Positions 60,576 through 64,000 of a stretch of DNA of 64,000 bases are shown here, piece after piece. The notes under the pieces are model-generated. The model saw nothing but the letters and a program-made list of their open reading frames with translations, searched no databases and was not told the origin of the DNA. Position numbers and translations under genes: made by a program. The DNA is from Sphaerochaeta sp. Lineage in GTDB: Bacteria; Spirochaetota; Spirochaetia; Sphaerochaetales; Sphaerochaetaceae. Position 1 is the stretch's first letter; the number at the start of each line of letters is the position of its first letter. Where the stretch lies: NCBI GenBank assembly GCA_048264225.1, contig JBLXDK010000002.1:9848-73847 (forward strand), in the 5' to 3' direction.

Positions 60576-61403
60576 ATGGCAAGAACACTAAAACGCATAA
60601 ATATACCTGCCTTGTTGATCTTATTGGTCGGTTCTGTTGCAATGATCTTTCCCTTCGTCTGGATGTTGCTCTCTGCTTTCAAGACAGTCCCCGATGTCTA
60701 TGCCTATCCTCCCAGATGGTTGCCCAGCAGCTGGAAATTCTCCAACTACCAGAAAGTCTTTGAGATGATTCCTTTTGGCAGGTACTACTTCAACAGCATT
60801 ATTACTTCTACGGTTCAGACTGCCCTTCAGCTTGGGCTTTCAGTCACCGCAGCATATGCTCTGGTAGCCTTGGACTTTCCAGGGAAGAAGTTCCTCTTCT
60901 CCTTGATTCGCAGCACCATGTTTGTTCCCATCATCGTCACTCTCATTCCCTTGTACCTGATGGTGAGCAAGGTCAGGTTGATCGACACCTATGCGGGAAT
61001 CATCCTTCCTCAGATATTTGCTGCCTTTACCATTTTCTTGCTGGTATCATTCTTCTCCTCGATTCCGCAGATTCTCTATGACTGCGCGAAACTCGATGGC
61101 TGTGGGTATTACCGCATCCTTTATGATGTAGTAATCCCCAATTCCAAGTCTTCCATAAGTACGGCAATGCTGTTCTCATTCCTCGGGCACTGGAAAAGCT
61201 ATACCTGGCCGCTGATCGTGACGAACAAGGCAACGTACCGAACTTTGCCTATCGGCATGAAGTATCTGGTACAGGAGTCCTCCTCAGAGTACCAGATAAT
61301 GATGGCGGCGTCGGTGATGGCAATTTTTCCTGTATTGGTCGTGTATTTGTTTTTTGAGAAGCAACTGGTCAAGTCGATAACACTTACCGGCTTGAAAGCA
61401 TGA
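60576..61403 (+). CDS. Carbohydrate ABC transporter permease (MalG/UgpE-like)
   Basis: The ORF is 60543..61403. The likely start is the ATG at 60576 (MARTLKRINIPALLI...). The EAA loop reads ...LYDCAKLDGCGYYRILYDVVIPN... Confidence 0.9.
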   Translation: MARTLKRINIPALLILLVGSVAMIFPFVWMLLSAFKTVPDVYAYPPRWLPSSWKFSNYQKVFEMIPFGRYYFNSIITSTVQTALQLGLSVTAAYALVALDFPGKKFLFSLIRSTMFVPIIVTLIPLYLMVSKVRLIDTYAGIILPQIFAAFTIFLLVSFFSSIPQILYDCAKLDGCGYYRILYDVVIPNSKSSISTAMLFSFLGHWKSYTWPLIVTNKATYRTLPIGMKYLVQESSSEYQIMMAASVMAIFPVLVVYLFFEKQLVKSITLTGLKA

Positions 61404-61419
61404 AAAAAAGAGAGGTGGT

Positions 61420-62691
61420 ATGATGAAAAAAGTAACGGTATTTGTATTGATGCTCGCACTTGTGACGGCACTTGGTTTTTCCCAGGCCGCCAAAGAAACC
61501 GCAATCAGGCCGGAAGTGGTCAAGCTACAGGTCTGGTACGCCATTGGAGGTGCTTCCGGAGAGCAATTTTTAGCTCTTGCAAAAGCCTTTGACGTTGCAC
61601 GGCCTGATATTGAACTGGAACTGACCTATTCAGGAAGCTATGCTGACACAGCAACCAAGGTCAGTGCCTCCTTGCTCTCAGGCAATGCCCCTGATGCTGC
61701 CCTTATGGCGGCTGGCCAACTGTATACGGGTGGCCGTGGTGATTACTCCATGGAAACCTTGGTAAAGGATCCAGCTTTCAAGCTAGATGACATCTTCAAG
61801 GGAATGCTCGAATACGGTATGTTCGAAGGGAGGATTGCAGCTGTACCGTATGGCATCTCAAGTCAGGTTCTCTACTACAACAAGGACATCACTGCCAAGG
61901 CAGGCCTGGATCTCGAGAAGAATCCCCCTGCTACCTGGGCAGAGTTCTTCCAGATTGCCAAGACTGCAATGCAAAAGGGAAACATCAACAACAGCTCCGA
62001 TTTCTATGGGTTCGATACCTCTGACGGTGTCTGGCTCTTCAAGTCGATGCTTGGACAGAATGGTAATGATGTAGTACAAAAGAGTGATGGCAAGGTGGTC
62101 CCTGCATTCCAAGAAACCAGTGGCGTGGAAGTGGCCACCTTCTGGAAATCCCTGATCGATGCAAACCTGATGCCTGCTGGTCAGCACAACAATGCAGAGA
62201 AGAAGTTCCTTGCCGGCAATCTTGCCTTCATCGCAGCTTCTTCCAACAGGGTCTCCCGTTGGCAAGGAAACACCAGCTTCAAGCTCGGTGCCATCATGAT
62301 GCCTGGTTTCAAGAACCGTTCCATCGCTCTGGGTGGAAACGTTGGTGTCATTCTCACTGACGATAGATTCAAGAGTGAAGCCTCCTGGGAGCTGTTGAAG
62401 TATTTGTTGGAGGAGAAGAACCACACCTCCTTTGCACTTTCTACTGGATATCTTCCAATACGTAAGTCTTCACTGGCCGCCCCGGTTGTAAAGCAAGCCC
62501 TTGCGGAGAATCCCTTGTATAAGGTTGCTTTCGACCAGTTGAACAACGCCTGGGCCTACTTCCACTTCTCGGAGATGGGTACCATGGATTCGTTCTTCTG
62601 GTATGCTCTTGATGAGATTGAGAAAAATGTGCTCACCCCAAAGGCCGCTCTAGAAAAGGCCGCTGCTTCCCTGGTTAAGGAGATTCAGTAG
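61420..62691 (+). CDS. Carbohydrate ABC transporter substrate-binding protein (family 1)
   Basis: ORF track, 423 aa. It has a signal peptide (MMKKVTVFVLMLALVTALGFSQA) and SBP_bac_1-like composition. No cognate ATPase gene is in the locus. Confidence 0.85.
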   Translation: MMKKVTVFVLMLALVTALGFSQAAKETAIRPEVVKLQVWYAIGGASGEQFLALAKAFDVARPDIELELTYSGSYADTATKVSASLLSGNAPDAALMAAGQLYTGGRGDYSMETLVKDPAFKLDDIFKGMLEYGMFEGRIAAVPYGISSQVLYYNKDITAKAGLDLEKNPPATWAEFFQIAKTAMQKGNINNSSDFYGFDTSDGVWLFKSMLGQNGNDVVQKSDGKVVPAFQETSGVEVATFWKSLIDANLMPAGQHNNAEKKFLAGNLAFIAASSNRVSRWQGNTSFKLGAIMMPGFKNRSIALGGNVGVILTDDRFKSEASWELLKYLLEEKNHTSFALSTGYLPIRKSSLAAPVVKQALAENPLYKVAFDQLNNAWAYFHFSEMGTMDSFFWYALDEIEKNVLTPKAALEKAAASLVKEIQ

Positions 62692-62756
62692 GCCGCATAT
62701 ATTCAGGGAGGAGAAGGTTCGCTTCTCCTCCCTGTACGCAATGTAAAGAGGTACCC

Positions 62757-63551
62757 ATGAAACACTACAAAAATAGATATGCATTCTCCACGGGAGCGCT
62801 TTTCCCGCTGGAGTCAGAGGATGCTTTGCACCTTATAGCTCAGGCTGGGTTTGCCCACGCCGAGTTGATGCCCCAGTGTTTTGCTGATGTCAATGAATCG
62901 GCAGCATCTCGCTTTGAACGGACGAAGGTTCATGTTTCTTCCATCCACTATCCTCTGGCTATGTTCTCCATGCTCTATTCAGCCCACCCGACCATGGCGG
63001 AGGAAGGGCGTGCGCTCTCTCGGGACATCGTGAAGCTTGGCAAGCGTCTGGGGACCGAGTTTTTGGTCATTCACCCTTTGAATGCCTATGAGGGAGAGAT
63101 GAAACAGATCATTGAACCGAAGATTATTGAGAATATCCGGTATCTGGGGGCTTTGTGTGCTGACAGTTCCATTACCCTAGCGATGGAGAACTATCCTGTT
63201 GGCGTAGGACAACATTCCGATACCCTTGAGCAATATGTGAAGGATTGGAACATGCCGGTGATGGGTCTCATGGTGGACACCACGGAGGTAAGGGAGGGAG
63301 GCGAGGATCCTCTAGCTTTCATCGGTGCCTTGGAAAAGGCTCCGTGTCATCTTCATCTTAGTGATTTTGGAAACCAGAAAAAGCATTTGCCCATCGGGAT
63401 GGGTGAGATCCCCTGGAGCGAGGTGTTTGCCCTGCTCAAGGCAAAGGGGTATACCGGCTATTACACCCTCGAACCTGCGTATCGTCACTATCTGAGTGAT
63501 ATTCCGGCTAAACTGCGCAGAGATTTTGCAGTGTTGCAGAGCCTCGTATGA
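62757..63551 (+). CDS. Sugar phosphate isomerase/epimerase (xylose-isomerase-like TIM barrel)
   Basis: ORF track, 264 aa. Matching stretches are ...FLVIHP..., ...LAMENYP..., ...HLHLSDF... and ...GYYTLE... Confidence 0.7.
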   Translation: MKHYKNRYAFSTGALFPLESEDALHLIAQAGFAHAELMPQCFADVNESAASRFERTKVHVSSIHYPLAMFSMLYSAHPTMAEEGRALSRDIVKLGKRLGTEFLVIHPLNAYEGEMKQIIEPKIIENIRYLGALCADSSITLAMENYPVGVGQHSDTLEQYVKDWNMPVMGLMVDTTEVREGGEDPLAFIGALEKAPCHLHLSDFGNQKKHLPIGMGEIPWSEVFALLKAKGYTGYYTLEPAYRHYLSDIPAKLRRDFAVLQSLV

Positions 63552-64000
63552 TTACCTCGAAGCAGATTGTAGCAATCCTGGAAGCGTTTGCTGTAGGGGA
63601 TGCCCTGGGAATGGGTACCGAGTTTATGACCCGGTCCGAGATCGTTTCCACCCTTGGGGATGTTACCGATTTGGTGGACAGTCGTTTGTCCGCCCACCAT
63701 TCGGACCTGGGAAAGGGGACGGTAACCGATGACACTGAACAGACCTTGGCTTTGCTGCAGCAGTACCTCAAGGAGGGGGTATCGGTTCACTCGACAGTGG
63801 AGGCTTTGCTGAATTGGATTGAAGAGTCGGATGCAGTTGCGAAACGGTACATCGGCCCCAGCTCGTTGAAGGCCTTGCGCTCTATAAGGGAGGGCTCAGA
63901 CCCCAAGGAAGCGGGGAAGGGAGGCACGACATGCGGTGGTCTGATGAGGACCCTTGCTCCTGTGCTCTATGCATCTGCCATAGGCTCTGATCAGAGGAAG
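63548..64000 (+). CDS. ADP-ribosylglycohydrolase-family protein (3' end runs off the window)
   Basis: My own translation from the ATG at 63548, which overlaps the upstream stop (ATGA), gives MITSKQIVAILEAFAVGDALGMGTEFM...GTVTDDTEQTLAL...GGTTCGGLMR... These are typical ARH-family metal-site motifs. It has no stop inside the window, so it is absent from the ORF track. Confidence 0.75.
   Translation, partial: MITSKQIVAILEAFAVGDALGMGTEFMTRSEIVSTLGDVTDLVDSRLSAHHSDLGKGTVTDDTEQTLALLQQYLKEGVSVHSTVEALLNWIEESDAVAKRYIGPSSLKALRSIREGSDPKEAGKGGTTCGGLMRTLAPVLYASAIGSDQRK

Noticed and set aside
1-64000. A prophage, an IS element or an integrative island spanning part of the window.
   Set aside because: No integrase, transposase, recombinase, phage structural gene or terminal inverted or direct repeat pair was recognised. 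The only mobile-DNA-like signals are compositional (10.3-12.5 kb and 50.1-51.0 kb) together with local gene decay.

Overview
This is a gene-dense, chromosomal-looking 64-kb window from a diderm bacterium. The gene content (many sugar and peptide ABC systems, LolA-like and beta-barrel envelope modules) reminds me of saccharolytic Spirochaetota such as Sphaerochaeta, but I cannot verify that. I support about 60 protein genes, several decayed genes and a handful of RNA or DNA elements. I recognised no rRNA, tRNA, transposase or integrase.

Layout:
- 1-2.3 kb: a Crp/Fnr regulator divergent from a 4Fe-4S protein, then a GNAT.
- 2.4-10.3 kb: one eight-gene minus-strand operon. It encodes a YtrA-type GntR, a membrane SPFH protein, an ABC ATPase, three FtsX permeases (two are close paralogues), a LolA-like carrier and a beta-barrel candidate.
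- 10.5-12.2 kb: an XRE regulator plus an AlbA_2/RecG-C-like gene killed by two in-frame stops.
- 12.5-19.7 kb: pirin, ferritin, KtrBA, a gamma-carbonic-anhydrase-like protein and ZnuACB-Zur.
- 19.7-25.2 kb: an MMPL/RND pump, a second LolA-like carrier, a second beta-barrel candidate and a multi-TM LuxR.
- 25.5-32 kb: pyruvate kinase, an outer-membrane protein candidate, a 7TM GGDEF cyclase, a NYN-domain protein and an N-terminally extended RluA.
- 32.2 kb: a vestigial, cas-less type I-E-like CRISPR array (29-nt repeat, 32-nt spacer).
- 32.5-47.5 kb: the most unusual locus. A kamA-type aminomutase is operonic with two Ddl-like ATP-grasp ligases and two GNATs. It converges on an operon with a third ligase, a DegT-like PLP enzyme, an M42 peptidase, a peptide ABC importer, an M55 D-aminopeptidase and an RpiR regulator. 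That operon also holds a short ORF with an in-frame TGA.
- 47.7-55.5 kb: a MATE pump, a Fic protein, a strongly AT-rich membrane-protein islet, gene remnants (a duplicated nfeD 5' end and a URO-D-family tail), NfeD-SPFH, a frameshifted PHP gene and a polytopic membrane protein.
- 55.8-64 kb: a SorC-regulated carbohydrate locus with paired TGAACA-N2-TGTTCA palindromes, a class I aldolase, a Zn-ADH, an NAD-kinase/AcoX-fold protein, a sugar ABC system, a TIM-barrel isomerase and an ADP-ribosylglycohydrolase.

All functional calls come from reading the translated ORFs and motifs by eye. No database search was run.
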